From positions 64,001 to 128,000 of the forward strand of contig JBCCHT010000022.1 in NCBI GenBank assembly GCA_039028615.1: a DNA stretch of 64,000 nt. The letters are read 5' to 3'. The position numbers were made by a program, and so were the translations under genes. How positions within the stretch are numbered: the first letter of the stretch is position 1; each line of letters begins with the position of its first letter. Source of the stretch: Myxococcota bacterium (GTDB lineage Bacteria > Myxococcota_A > Polyangia > Nannocystales > Nannocystaceae). A model generated the notes under the pieces. The model was not told the origin of the DNA. It saw only the letters and a list, made by a program, of their open reading frames with translations, and ran no database searches. Shown here piece after piece: positions 43,554 to 52,387 of the stretch.

Positions 43554-45208
43554 AGCGGGGTCCTCCGCAGGACGTTGCCGATCGACACGTTGAAGGTGCC
43601 GAGCGCGGTGTCGAGGCGCAGGCCGAGGTCGGCCGCGGCTCCGATGGGCACCCGGGCCTCGTTCGCGGCTCGCCGACGACGGCGCTCGTCGGCATTGCCG
43701 ACTAGGGTGAAGACCCCGAGAGAAAGGTAGAGGTCGCCTCCGTACACACCGCGGGTTCGAGTCCGACGGAACAGCGGCCAGGCGTATTCGAGATCGACGC
43801 GCCCGAACAGGTCGCCGTACTCGCGGTTGTCGATCCCGGTGCCGAACACGTCGAAGGGATTGCGCGTCGAATAGCGCAAGCCCTGCGTGCGGCCCGGGGT
43901 CCAGGCGCTGAGATCGCCCGAGTAGAAGCGTTCGAATAGCGGTGCCCGGCCGCCGATCTGCCCGCCCGACGCCCGTGGGGTCAGCCAGTGTCGCCAGGGC
44001 AGGCGGAAGCTGTAGGCCCCCGCCGCCACGAGCTTGATGTAGTCGTACTCGGATCCGGTCGCGCCCGACGAGGCCCGAATGTCGAGCACCACGCGACCGC
44101 CCTTGCCCGCCAAGAACAGCTCGTCGCGACCATCGTAGGTGAAGCTGAAGTCGACGGCGGTGTGCCGATGGGTGCCGTCGAGCAGGTCGAGGTCGAGCTC
44201 GTGCACGACCCCCGCTTCGTCCACCCGCACCGGGTTGGCGGGCAAGAAGGACTCGATGCGTTCGAAGGTGTAGTCGGCCGCGACCTCGAGCCGGGAAGTC
44301 AGCGGGAAGCTCAGGCCGACCTGGCCGCCGATGCGGTCGTACTCGAAGGTCTGAAACAGGGTCGGGGTGGGATCGTCCTCGGCCCCGGCCACGCGGTAGG
44401 GCTCGCTCGCGGAGATGAACCAACCACTGGCCAGCACCCCCAAGGGAGCGGAGCGCAATCGCGGTGCCTCGGCGAAGACCTTGTAGGCCTGCTGGCGCCG
44501 CGACCGGGCGATGCGCGGCTGGGCGCCCCACACCAGCGCGCCGCCGAGCAGCACGCCACGCCCGAGGAAATTGCGCTCGGCCAGCGCGATGCCGCCGTGG
44601 AAGGGCGTGAGGGCCGAGGTGCCGAGATAGACATCGGACACCGACACCGTGCTGCGCTCCACGACGTCGACCGACAGCTCGACCCGCGTCAGGTCGTCGG
44701 GCAGCGGCACCACGCGCAGGGTGACCCGCTTGAAGTAGCCGGTCGCGCGCAGGCGATTGCGGACCCGGTCGACGCGCTCATCGTCGGGCCAGACCAGCTC
44801 CGTGCCCGCGACCAGTCCCTCGCGCTCGAGGATGGTCATGATCTGCCGCTCGGAGACCTGCTCGCGCCCGGTGATCACCACCCGCTCGACGAGCAACACC
44901 CGGCGTCGATCATCGAGGCGCTCGGGACCCGAGGCGTCGTCGTGATCGGCGAGGGTGACGGCCCAGGGTGATGCCCCGGCCGACGAGTTTGTGATCAACA
45001 ATCCAAAGAGCGCACCCAGCAGGGCCGCCCACGCCACGCGCCACGGTGCTCTCCCCTCGTGCCGCCGGGCACGGAGCGGGGGGTTCGAGGCCGGACCTTG
45101 GGGGCCACGGGCCGGAGGGCGGGGTGAGCCGAGGCGCACGGGAGCCAAGGATACTCGACCGTCCCCCCGGGCCACTGCGGCCCGCCGCACGCCGCCCCCA
45201 TGCCCCAC
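43550..45208 (-). CDS. Omp85 (BamA/TamA) family outer-membrane protein with one POTRA domain
   Basis: POTRA (VERVVITG...RLRATGYF.RV...VDVVER), barrel start ERNFLGRG, and alternating strands. The true start is probably downstream of 45208. Confidence 0.82.
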   Translation of the reverse strand: MGHGGGVRRAAVARGDGRVSLAPVRLGSPRPPARGPQGPASNPPLRARRHEGRAPWRVAWAALLGALFGLLITNSSAGASPWAVTLADHDDASGPERLDDRRRVLLVERVVITGREQVSERQIMTILEREGLVAGTELVWPDDERVDRVRNRLRATGYFKRVTLRVVPLPDDLTRVELSVDVVERSTVSVSDVYLGTSALTPFHGGIALAERNFLGRGVLLGGALVWGAQPRIARSRRQQAYKVFAEAPRLRSAPLGVLASGWFISASEPYRVAGAEDDPTPTLFQTFEYDRIGGQVGLSFPLTSRLEVAADYTFERIESFLPANPVRVDEAGVVHELDLDLLDGTHRHTAVDFSFTYDGRDELFLAGKGGRVVLDIRASSGATGSEYDYIKLVAAGAYSFRLPWRHWLTPRASGGQIGGRAPLFERFYSGDLSAWTPGRTQGLRYSTRNPFDVFGTGIDNREYGDLFGRVDLEYAWPLFRRTRTRGVYGGDLYLSLGVFTLVGNADERRRRRAANEARVPIGAAADLGLRLDTALGTFNVSIGNVLRRTPL

Positions 45209-45263
45209 AAATGCTCAGCGGCGCAGGCGTGTGCCGCTGCTATGCTTGGCGCGCCGGCTCTTG

Positions 45264-45650
45264 ATGCGCATCGTCTACATCGAGGACAACCCCGCGAATT
45301 TCGTGCTCGTGCGAAAGGTCCTGGAGACCGACCGCGAGTACGTCGTGGAGCAAGCGCAATCGGCCGAAATCGGCTGGGAACGCATCATCGCCGCGCCGCC
45401 GCGACTCATCCTGCTGGACATCGACCTGCCGGGAATGTCCGGGCTCGAGATGGCCCGCCAGCTCAAGAGTGACGACCGGACCAAGGCGATCCCCATCGTG
45501 GCGATCAGTGCCAGCGTCATGAAAGAAGAGCGCGGTCAGGCGCTCGACGCTGGCTGCCTGTGGTTCATCGAGAAGCCCTTCGACATCGGGGAGCTGCGCC
45601 GCGTGGTTCGCGAGGCCATCGCCGGTCGCGACCCCGGGGCGAGCGCCTGA
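45264..45650 (+). CDS. Single-domain response regulator (DivK/CheY-like)
   Basis: IEDN, LLDIDLPGMSG, ISA and FIEKP. Confidence 0.92.
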   Translation: MRIVYIEDNPANFVLVRKVLETDREYVVEQAQSAEIGWERIIAAPPRLILLDIDLPGMSGLEMARQLKSDDRTKAIPIVAISASVMKEERGQALDAGCLWFIEKPFDIGELRRVVREAIAGRDPGASA

Positions 45651-45654
45651 CCCC

Positions 45655-46407
45655 TCAGCCCTGCCGTCGCTGACGAAGCACCACCTCGAGCTCGGCGAGC
45701 TGCGCCTTGGTGTTCACGCCCGCCGCTTCGATGGGATCGATCTCCACCGCCGCCACTTCGCCCCGCGCCGCGGCCAGCTCGACCAGATCGGTCAGGTAGA
45801 TCTCCCCCTGGGCGTTGTTCCGCCCCAGCCGCGGGAGATCGGCCGTCAGGTGCTCGAGCTGCACCGCGTAGGTGCCTGCGTTGCACTCGCGGACCTTTCG
45901 CTCGTCCTCGCTGGCGTCTCGGTCCTCGCGGATGCACTGCACCCGGCCCTGCTCGTCGCGAAGGATCCGCCCGTAGCCGGTGAGTTCGTCGGGGCGGAAG
46001 GTCGTGAGCGCGACGCCGGAGTCGACCTCGCGGCAGCGCTTGGCCAGCGCCTGCACCGTCTGCGCCGTGAGCAACGGGACATCACCGCTGAGCACCAGCG
46101 CGATGCCGGTCGCATCGCCGAGCGCAGGCAGGCCGCACATCACCGCGTGGCCCGTACCGAGCTGTTCCTCTTGGGTGGCAAACGACAGCCAGGCGTTGTC
46201 GTCGTCGACGCGGGCGGAGACTTCCTGCCGCACGCGGTCGCCCTCGTAGCCCACCACCACCACCACTCGGGTGGCCCCGGCCGCACGCGCCGCCTCGATG
46301 GGGAACATCACCAGCGGCGTGCCATCGATGGGATGCAGCACCTTGGGCAGGTCCGATTCCATGCGGGTGCCCTTACCCGCGGCGAGAATGATGGCGACCA
46401 GGCTCAT
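45655..46407 (-). CDS. GlmU-like GlcNAc-1-phosphate uridyltransferase (N-terminal domain only)
   Basis: ILAAGKGTRM, EQLGTGHAV, GDVP, GYGRI, NNAQGEIYLTD and GVN. Ends at ~250 aa with no hexapeptide acetyltransferase domain. Confidence 0.88.
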   Translation of the reverse strand: MSLVAIILAAGKGTRMESDLPKVLHPIDGTPLVMFPIEAARAAGATRVVVVVGYEGDRVRQEVSARVDDDNAWLSFATQEEQLGTGHAVMCGLPALGDATGIALVLSGDVPLLTAQTVQALAKRCREVDSGVALTTFRPDELTGYGRILRDEQGRVQCIREDRDASEDERKVRECNAGTYAVQLEHLTADLPRLGRNNAQGEIYLTDLVELAAARGEVAAVEIDPIEAAGVNTKAQLAELEVVLRQRRQG

Positions 46408-46458
46408 TGCCCGGACCTTACCAGCCCGGGGTGACCCTGGCGCGGCGCCGGGCCGCAA

Positions 46459-46911
46459 TCACTCTCGATCCATGTTCACGGTGCGAATGGTGACCTGGGC
46501 CTCGCTGAACATCTCATTGCTCATGTCGAAGTCTTCGCGCCAGCGCTCGGGGATTTCGAGATCGGCGGGATAGAGCACCGTGTGCACGCCGGCCTGAATG
46601 AGCGAGCGCGCGCACCGGGTGCAGGGCGGCCAGGTGACGTAGGCGCTGCAGTCCTTGAGAGACACCCCGATCCGCGCCGCGTGCATGATCGCGTTCTCCT
46701 CGGCGTGACAAATGAACGGGTACTTGAGCGCGCGATCGGTCAGTCGCTTGGGCGAGTCGTCGATGCCCCGGGGAAACCCGTTGAACCCGGTACTTCGAAT
46801 CTCGCGGTCGGGGCCCACGACCACGCAGCCCACCTGCGTCGAGGGGTCCTTGCTCCACCCCGCGATGTGATGGGCCAGCTCGAGGAAGCGACGATCCCAC
46901 TTTTCGCTCAT
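46459..46911 (-). CDS. dCMP deaminase family protein
   Basis: WSKDPSTQVG, GFNGFPRG, HAEENA and PCTRC (Zn ligands). Confidence 0.93.
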   Translation of the reverse strand: MSEKWDRRFLELAHHIAGWSKDPSTQVGCVVVGPDREIRSTGFNGFPRGIDDSPKRLTDRALKYPFICHAEENAIMHAARIGVSLKDCSAYVTWPPCTRCARSLIQAGVHTVLYPADLEIPERWREDFDMSNEMFSEAQVTIRTVNMDRE

Positions 46912-46961
46912 GAGGCGCCAAGCATGGCCCACTCGACTGGCTCGTGTCACCATGGGTCGCC

Positions 46962-49900
46962 ATGGGCCAGGTCCCCTTGCCGCCGTCCTGGCTGACCCGC
47001 CTGCGCCACGCGGCCCACAACGACCGAGCGGCGGTGGTCGAGACCGCGCCCGAGCCGTGGCGCCCCGCCCTGCATGGTCTGTGCGCCGGTCCACAGCCCG
47101 AGGAGGCCCTCGGCCGCGCCGAAGGCCTGCCCCCTGCCCTGCTGCAACGACCGTGGTCCGAAGCGCTGTCGCGGCTGCTGCACGAGGGCAGCTACGTGGC
47201 CCGGTTGGTGGCGCTGCACCCTCCCGCCGTCGACGACATCGAAGATCCCGCGTTCGATCCCCGGGCCGCCCTGCGCCAGCACCCCGGCTCGATCGACGAA
47301 GCCCTCGGTCACGTGCGAACCCGGGAGTACCTGCGCCTGGCCCATCGCGAGGTCCAGGGCGCTCCCGTCGAGGACGTGGGCGGGGCGCTGAGCGAGCTGG
47401 TCTCGGCCTGCTTGGAGTTCCTGCTCGAGGCGCTCGGACTCGCCGACCAGGTCGTGGTGTTCGGCATGGGCAAGCTGGGCGGCGCGGAGCTCAACTTCCT
47501 CAGCGACATCGATCTCATCTTCGTGCACGACGATGGCGTCGGCATCGATCCCGACGACGATGAAGCGCCCGACGAGACGAAGCGACGGCGAGCGGTCGTC
47601 GATCTGCACGGGCGCCTGCGCCAGCTGGTACGGCACCTCGAGGGGCAAGGGCGCTGGCGGCCGCTGTTCCGCGTCGATCTTCGCCTCCGCCCCTTCGGCA
47701 GCCGCGGCCCGCTGTCGACGTCGGTCTCCGCCACCGAGGCCTACTACGAGCGCCACGGCCGAGCGTGGGAACGCCAGGTCTGGCTGCGCGCCCACCCGCT
47801 CGCGGGGCGCATCGACCTCGGGCAGCTGCTGCTGCGCCGCCTCACTCCCTTCGTCTATCGCCGCTCCGTCGGCCCGGAGATCTTCGGCGAGATCGAAGAC
47901 ATGATGCGAAGGGCCCGGCGCGAGGCCAAGCGCGTGGGCGGTGACGACCAGGACGTCGACCTCAAGCTCGACAGCGGAGGCATCCGCGAGGTCGAGTTCA
48001 CCATCCAGGCGCTGCAGCTGCTGCACGGCGGCCGCAACCCCAGCGTACGCAACACCAGCACCCTGCCCGCACTCGATCGGCTGGCGGCGGCGGGCCTGGT
48101 GAGCGACCGAGAGCATCGCGACTTGGCCGAGGCCTATCGCTGGCTGCGTCGGGTCGAGCATCGGGTTCAGCTGGCCGAGGGCCAACAGACGCACACCCTG
48201 CCCGGCGAAGAGACCACCCGGGCCCTGCTCGCGCGGCGCCTGGCGTGGCCGCAGCCCGAGTCGGGAGCGCAGCTCGGCCTCGCCCTGTCCCGCCACCGCG
48301 AGCAGGTCCGCATGGTCGCGCAGACGCTGGCGGGCGGCGAGGAGCACGACGATCCGCTCGCCCGCGATCGCAGCCTGATCCTCGACGAAGGTGCACCGCG
48401 AGCCGATCGTTGCGACGCCCTGGCCCGCCTCGGCGTGCACGATCCCGCCGAGACCGAAGCACGCCTCGAGCACCTGCAATCGCGTCCCGAGGGCCCGTTC
48501 TCCGCCCGCGGGGCGGCGCGGCAGGGTGCGGAGAACCTGCTGCGCGCGTGCCTCGACAGTGCCGACCCCGATGCCGCCGTGACCCGCCTGGTCGAGCTGA
48601 CCGCATCCCGGCCCGCGCACTACGGGATCTGGCGGGCCTTCGCCGAACCCAGCCCCGCCGGTCTCGACCTGCTGCGGCTCACCGGAGAGCTGCTGGGCGC
48701 CAGCGAACCGCTCAGCCGCGGCCTCATCGGTTTCCCCCCCGGGCGCTCCACCGGCTCGCGCAATCAGACGCAGCCCGACTTCTTGCTCGGGCTGCTCCAG
48801 CGCGCCAGCGAGCCGACCCTGCCCCACCTGCGCACGCTCACCGCCGATCTTCGTCGCCAGCGGCCCGACCCTCGCGGCCTCGATGCGACGCTGCTGCACT
48901 TCAAGCACGAACAGCTCGTCCGCATCGGCCTGCACGATCTGGGGCAGCGACCCGATCCGCTCGCCGTGGGCCGAGCCGTGTCCGACGTCGCCGACCTCGT
49001 GCTCCGCATGCTGCTGCGGGACCTCGCCGCGCAGGTGGGCCCCGGCCCGGGCTTCGACCTCGCCGTGCTCGCCGTGGGCAAGCACGGCATGCAGGCGATG
49101 GACTACGGATCGGATCTCGATCTGATGTTCGTGTTCGAGGCCACCGACGACCGGTCGGCCCACGAAGCGCAGAGCCGAGCCACCCGACTCGCCCAACAGC
49201 TGATGGCGCGACTGGGCAGCCGCGCCCTGGGTCCGCGCCTTTACGAAGTCGACATGCGCCTGCGCCCTTCGGGCCGCAAGGGCCTGCTGGTCACCTCGCG
49301 CAGCGGCTTTTCGCGCTACCACGCCCGGAAGGTCGCGGTGTGGGAGCGCCTGGCCTTGTTGCGCATGCGGGCCGTCGCCGAGATCCGGGTGGGCGAGACC
49401 GGCCTGGTCAGCCCCAGCCCCGACGAAGACGCCCCGCCCTCCCGGCCCGGCGATCGGATCTCGGCCGCGATCGCGGGGTCGCTGTCGGCCGCGATCGAGG
49501 ACATCGTGAGCGAGACCCTCGGCTGGCGGCAAACCTCCGATCACCCCGCCCCCAGCCCCGACGAGGTCCGCCAGCAGACCCGTCGACTCAAGGGCCGGAT
49601 CGAAGAAGAACTCGCGCGCGAAAACCGCAAAACCGGCTGGTACAACGCCAAAACCGGCCATGGAGGCTGCCTCGAGCTCGAATTGCTCGTCGCGGCACTC
49701 CAGCTCGTCCACGGCCCGCGGCACCCCGGCACCCGGGCTCGCGGCATCCTCGGTGCAGTCGAGGGGCTGGCCGACGCCGGCTGCATCGATGCCCCCGAGG
49801 CTAACGCGTTATGCGCGGATTACCGCTTCCTTCGCTCCCTGCTCAACCGCCTCCGCATGAGCCCGGGCAGCCGCAGCCAGGACCCGGACCGGTTCTCGGA

Positions 49901-50027
49901 AAACTCTCCCCGACTGGACACCCTTGCGCGTAGGATGGGGTTCGCAGGACGTGCGGACCTGACGCAGCGTTTCCACGACGCCCGCAAACGCGTGCGCGCG
50001 GCCTTTGATCACCACCTTCGAGACTAG
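46962..50027 (+). CDS. glnE: Bifunctional glutamine synthetase adenylyltransferase / adenylyl-removing enzyme
   Basis: Two nucleotidyltransferase repeats: GMGKLGG.ELNF.SDIDL / RVDLRLRPFG / GRAWER, and GKHG...DYGSDLDL / EVDMRLRPSG / WER. Confidence 0.9.
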   Translation: MGQVPLPPSWLTRLRHAAHNDRAAVVETAPEPWRPALHGLCAGPQPEEALGRAEGLPPALLQRPWSEALSRLLHEGSYVARLVALHPPAVDDIEDPAFDPRAALRQHPGSIDEALGHVRTREYLRLAHREVQGAPVEDVGGALSELVSACLEFLLEALGLADQVVVFGMGKLGGAELNFLSDIDLIFVHDDGVGIDPDDDEAPDETKRRRAVVDLHGRLRQLVRHLEGQGRWRPLFRVDLRLRPFGSRGPLSTSVSATEAYYERHGRAWERQVWLRAHPLAGRIDLGQLLLRRLTPFVYRRSVGPEIFGEIEDMMRRARREAKRVGGDDQDVDLKLDSGGIREVEFTIQALQLLHGGRNPSVRNTSTLPALDRLAAAGLVSDREHRDLAEAYRWLRRVEHRVQLAEGQQTHTLPGEETTRALLARRLAWPQPESGAQLGLALSRHREQVRMVAQTLAGGEEHDDPLARDRSLILDEGAPRADRCDALARLGVHDPAETEARLEHLQSRPEGPFSARGAARQGAENLLRACLDSADPDAAVTRLVELTASRPAHYGIWRAFAEPSPAGLDLLRLTGELLGASEPLSRGLIGFPPGRSTGSRNQTQPDFLLGLLQRASEPTLPHLRTLTADLRRQRPDPRGLDATLLHFKHEQLVRIGLHDLGQRPDPLAVGRAVSDVADLVLRMLLRDLAAQVGPGPGFDLAVLAVGKHGMQAMDYGSDLDLMFVFEATDDRSAHEAQSRATRLAQQLMARLGSRALGPRLYEVDMRLRPSGRKGLLVTSRSGFSRYHARKVAVWERLALLRMRAVAEIRVGETGLVSPSPDEDAPPSRPGDRISAAIAGSLSAAIEDIVSETLGWRQTSDHPAPSPDEVRQQTRRLKGRIEEELARENRKTGWYNAKTGHGGCLELELLVAALQLVHGPRHPGTRARGILGAVEGLADAGCIDAPEANALCADYRFLRSLLNRLRMSPGSRSQDPDRFSENSPRLDTLARRMGFAGRADLTQRFHDARKRVRAAFDHHLRD

Positions 50028-50051
50028 GCTCTCCTCTCCCTCGAATCGTCC

Positions 50052-52301
50052 ATGGCTACGGCCCAGGTTTCTTCCGAGTCCTCCGTCGGCTTCCCGCCCA
50101 AGGGCTCCTTGCGGCGGGTTCCGTTTCCGAAACTCATCCGCGAGGTGGCCCGCGCCAAGCTCGACGGCAGCCTCTACTTGCTGTCCGGGCAGACCAAGAA
50201 GGTCGTGTTCTTCCAGCGCGGCCAACCGGTGTTCGTGCGCTCGAACGTGCTGTCCGAGTGCCTCGGGCAGATCCTCGCGCAAGAGGGTCTCATCACCCAG
50301 GAGCAGTGCGAGCAGACCCTCGAGGCGATCCGTCGCACGGGCAAGAAGCAGGGCGAGCTGCTCGTGGAGATGGGCATCCTCTCCGAGGGCAACCTCCGCT
50401 ACGGCCTCGAGGCCCAGCTCCGCGCCAAGCTCTTCGAGATTTTCTCGTGGGAGGAAGGGCGCTACCAGTTCAAGAAGGAGCCGCCCGAGCTCCAGTTCGG
50501 CGTCACGCTCAAGAGCAGCGCCGAAGGGGTGATCGTCGAGGCGATCCAAGACCAGTACACCGAAGAGCGGGCGGTCGAGACCCTCGAGCGGCTCGACGAC
50601 AAGTACCCGGTGCTGCAGGCCAATGCCCTGGAGATCGCCGCCCCCACCCTCTTGGTGGAAGAGCAGCACTTCCTCGCCTGTCTCGATGGCTCCCGCACCG
50701 TGCGAGAGCTGATGGACAACGAGCCCACCCCGGCCGTGCCCTCGCACTACTCGCTGCTTTGCGGCCTGCTGCTGGCGGGCCTCATCGAGCTGTCCGAAAC
50801 GGCGAAGGCCGCGGGTGACCGCCCCGAGGCCCCCAACCTCGATCCAGGCGGAGGCAGCGACGAAGACCTCACGCCCGGGTACGAGGCCCAGGCCCTCATC
50901 ACCGAGTACGAGGACACGCCGCTGCCCGGCGAGATGCCGCAATCGCCCGGCCTGCTGGGCGACCACGAGGACGGCTTCGAAGGCGTGGGCGAAGACTCGG
51001 CCGTCATGCGGGTGGTCGACGTGGTCCGCACCACCGAGGTGCCCGAAGACCTGCGCGCGGCCGAGCCGGCCCGGGTCGAGGAGACCTTCGACGACGACCA
51101 GATCGAGATGGTCGACGACCTCGACCTCGACGACGACGACAACGGACCGCCGCTGCTCGATGCGGCCCCGCCCGCCGAGCTCACGCCGGACGTGCCGGGC
51201 CTCGACCTGGACGACGACGAGAGCTTCGATCTCGGCGCCGAGCTGGGCGATACGGCCATGCCGCCCGTGGCCGTGCCCGAGCCGGTCGCCCGCGGAGGCA
51301 CCGAGCCCCCTCTCGACGGGGCCGCCCCCGCCCAGCCCGAGCCGCTTCCCTCCCCGCCCGAGGCGCCCGCCGCCGTCGCCCCGCCCGCACAGGTGGGGGC
51401 CGCTCCGGCTGCACCCGAGCCCGTCGCCCCCGGCCCGGCCCCGTCTGGCGACGTGGCCTCCGAGGACGCGCTGCTCAGCCTCGCGCCCGACGACGACTTG
51501 CTGATGCTCGACGAGAACGTCGAGGCGCAGGCCATGGACCTGCTCGGCGAAGGCGACGGTCAAGGCCCCGGCCTCACCGACGATCAGCTCGCCAACCTCG
51601 ACCTGGGCAACGACGAAGATCTCGCGCCGCTCGAGTCGATCGACGCGGTGCCGCTGGAGACCATCGATCCCACCTCGATCGAGCCCGACTCGATCGACGA
51701 CGACGTGCTCGAGGTCTCCCCCGACGACCTCGAGCTCGCCGAGCTGGACGACGACGACATCGACAGCCTGGGCGAGCTGTCCTCCCCCGAGCAGGCCCCC
51801 TTGGCGGCTCCCGACGCGGGAGGCGACGGCGACGACGCCCTGATGGACTTCGCCGATCTGGACGACATCGACCTCGGTGCCAACGAGGAGGACGACGGCG
51901 GCGACGACGAGTTCGACGGAGGCGGTGCCGACGACGACATGCAGGGCGCCCTGCACTTCAGCGCGGGTCAATCGGCCATCGCCGAGCAGCGCTGGGCCGA
52001 CGCGGTCACCGAGCTCGAGCGCGCCTACGAGACGGGCTTCGACGTCGCCGAGCTGCACGCCATGCTCGCCTACGCTCGCTTCCAGGCCTCGGGCGGCGAC
52101 GAGCAGACCGCCCAGCATGCGTTCGAGCTGCTGGAGTATGCCCAGCAGATCGATCCCAGCCTCGACCTGGTCCACGCCTACCGCGGAGCGATTCATCGGG
52201 CACGGGGCGACATCCCCCAGGCTCGCGAGTCGCTCGACCGCGCGCTGGAGCTCAACCCCTACTGCGAGCTGGCGATGGAGATCCAAGACGCCATCGGCTG
52301 A
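50052..52301 (+). CDS. DUF4388-domain protein with a long acidic low-complexity region and C-terminal TPR
   Basis: GSL..VPFP.L, KKVVFF.RG, LG.IL...GLIT, GELLV.MG and IFSWEEG.Y.F. D/E/L-rich middle and C-terminal AH.YRG.I..RALELNP. Confidence 0.8.
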   Translation: MATAQVSSESSVGFPPKGSLRRVPFPKLIREVARAKLDGSLYLLSGQTKKVVFFQRGQPVFVRSNVLSECLGQILAQEGLITQEQCEQTLEAIRRTGKKQGELLVEMGILSEGNLRYGLEAQLRAKLFEIFSWEEGRYQFKKEPPELQFGVTLKSSAEGVIVEAIQDQYTEERAVETLERLDDKYPVLQANALEIAAPTLLVEEQHFLACLDGSRTVRELMDNEPTPAVPSHYSLLCGLLLAGLIELSETAKAAGDRPEAPNLDPGGGSDEDLTPGYEAQALITEYEDTPLPGEMPQSPGLLGDHEDGFEGVGEDSAVMRVVDVVRTTEVPEDLRAAEPARVEETFDDDQIEMVDDLDLDDDDNGPPLLDAAPPAELTPDVPGLDLDDDESFDLGAELGDTAMPPVAVPEPVARGGTEPPLDGAAPAQPEPLPSPPEAPAAVAPPAQVGAAPAAPEPVAPGPAPSGDVASEDALLSLAPDDDLLMLDENVEAQAMDLLGEGDGQGPGLTDDQLANLDLGNDEDLAPLESIDAVPLETIDPTSIEPDSIDDDVLEVSPDDLELAELDDDDIDSLGELSSPEQAPLAAPDAGGDGDDALMDFADLDDIDLGANEEDDGGDDEFDGGGADDDMQGALHFSAGQSAIAEQRWADAVTELERAYETGFDVAELHAMLAYARFQASGGDEQTAQHAFELLEYAQQIDPSLDLVHAYRGAIHRARGDIPQARESLDRALELNPYCELAMEIQDAIG

Positions 52302-52324
52302 GCGGGCTCCGACTCTCAGAGCAC

Positions 52325-52356
52325 GAAAAAGGGCGCCTCGAGGGGCGCCCTTTTTC
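52325..52356. terminator. Bidirectional intrinsic terminator
   Basis: GAAAAAGGGCGCC-loop-GGCGCCCTTTTTC between convergent genes. Confidence 0.9.
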
Positions 52357-52387
52357 ATGGTGCTCGGCGAAAGGCCGAGCCCGCGGC

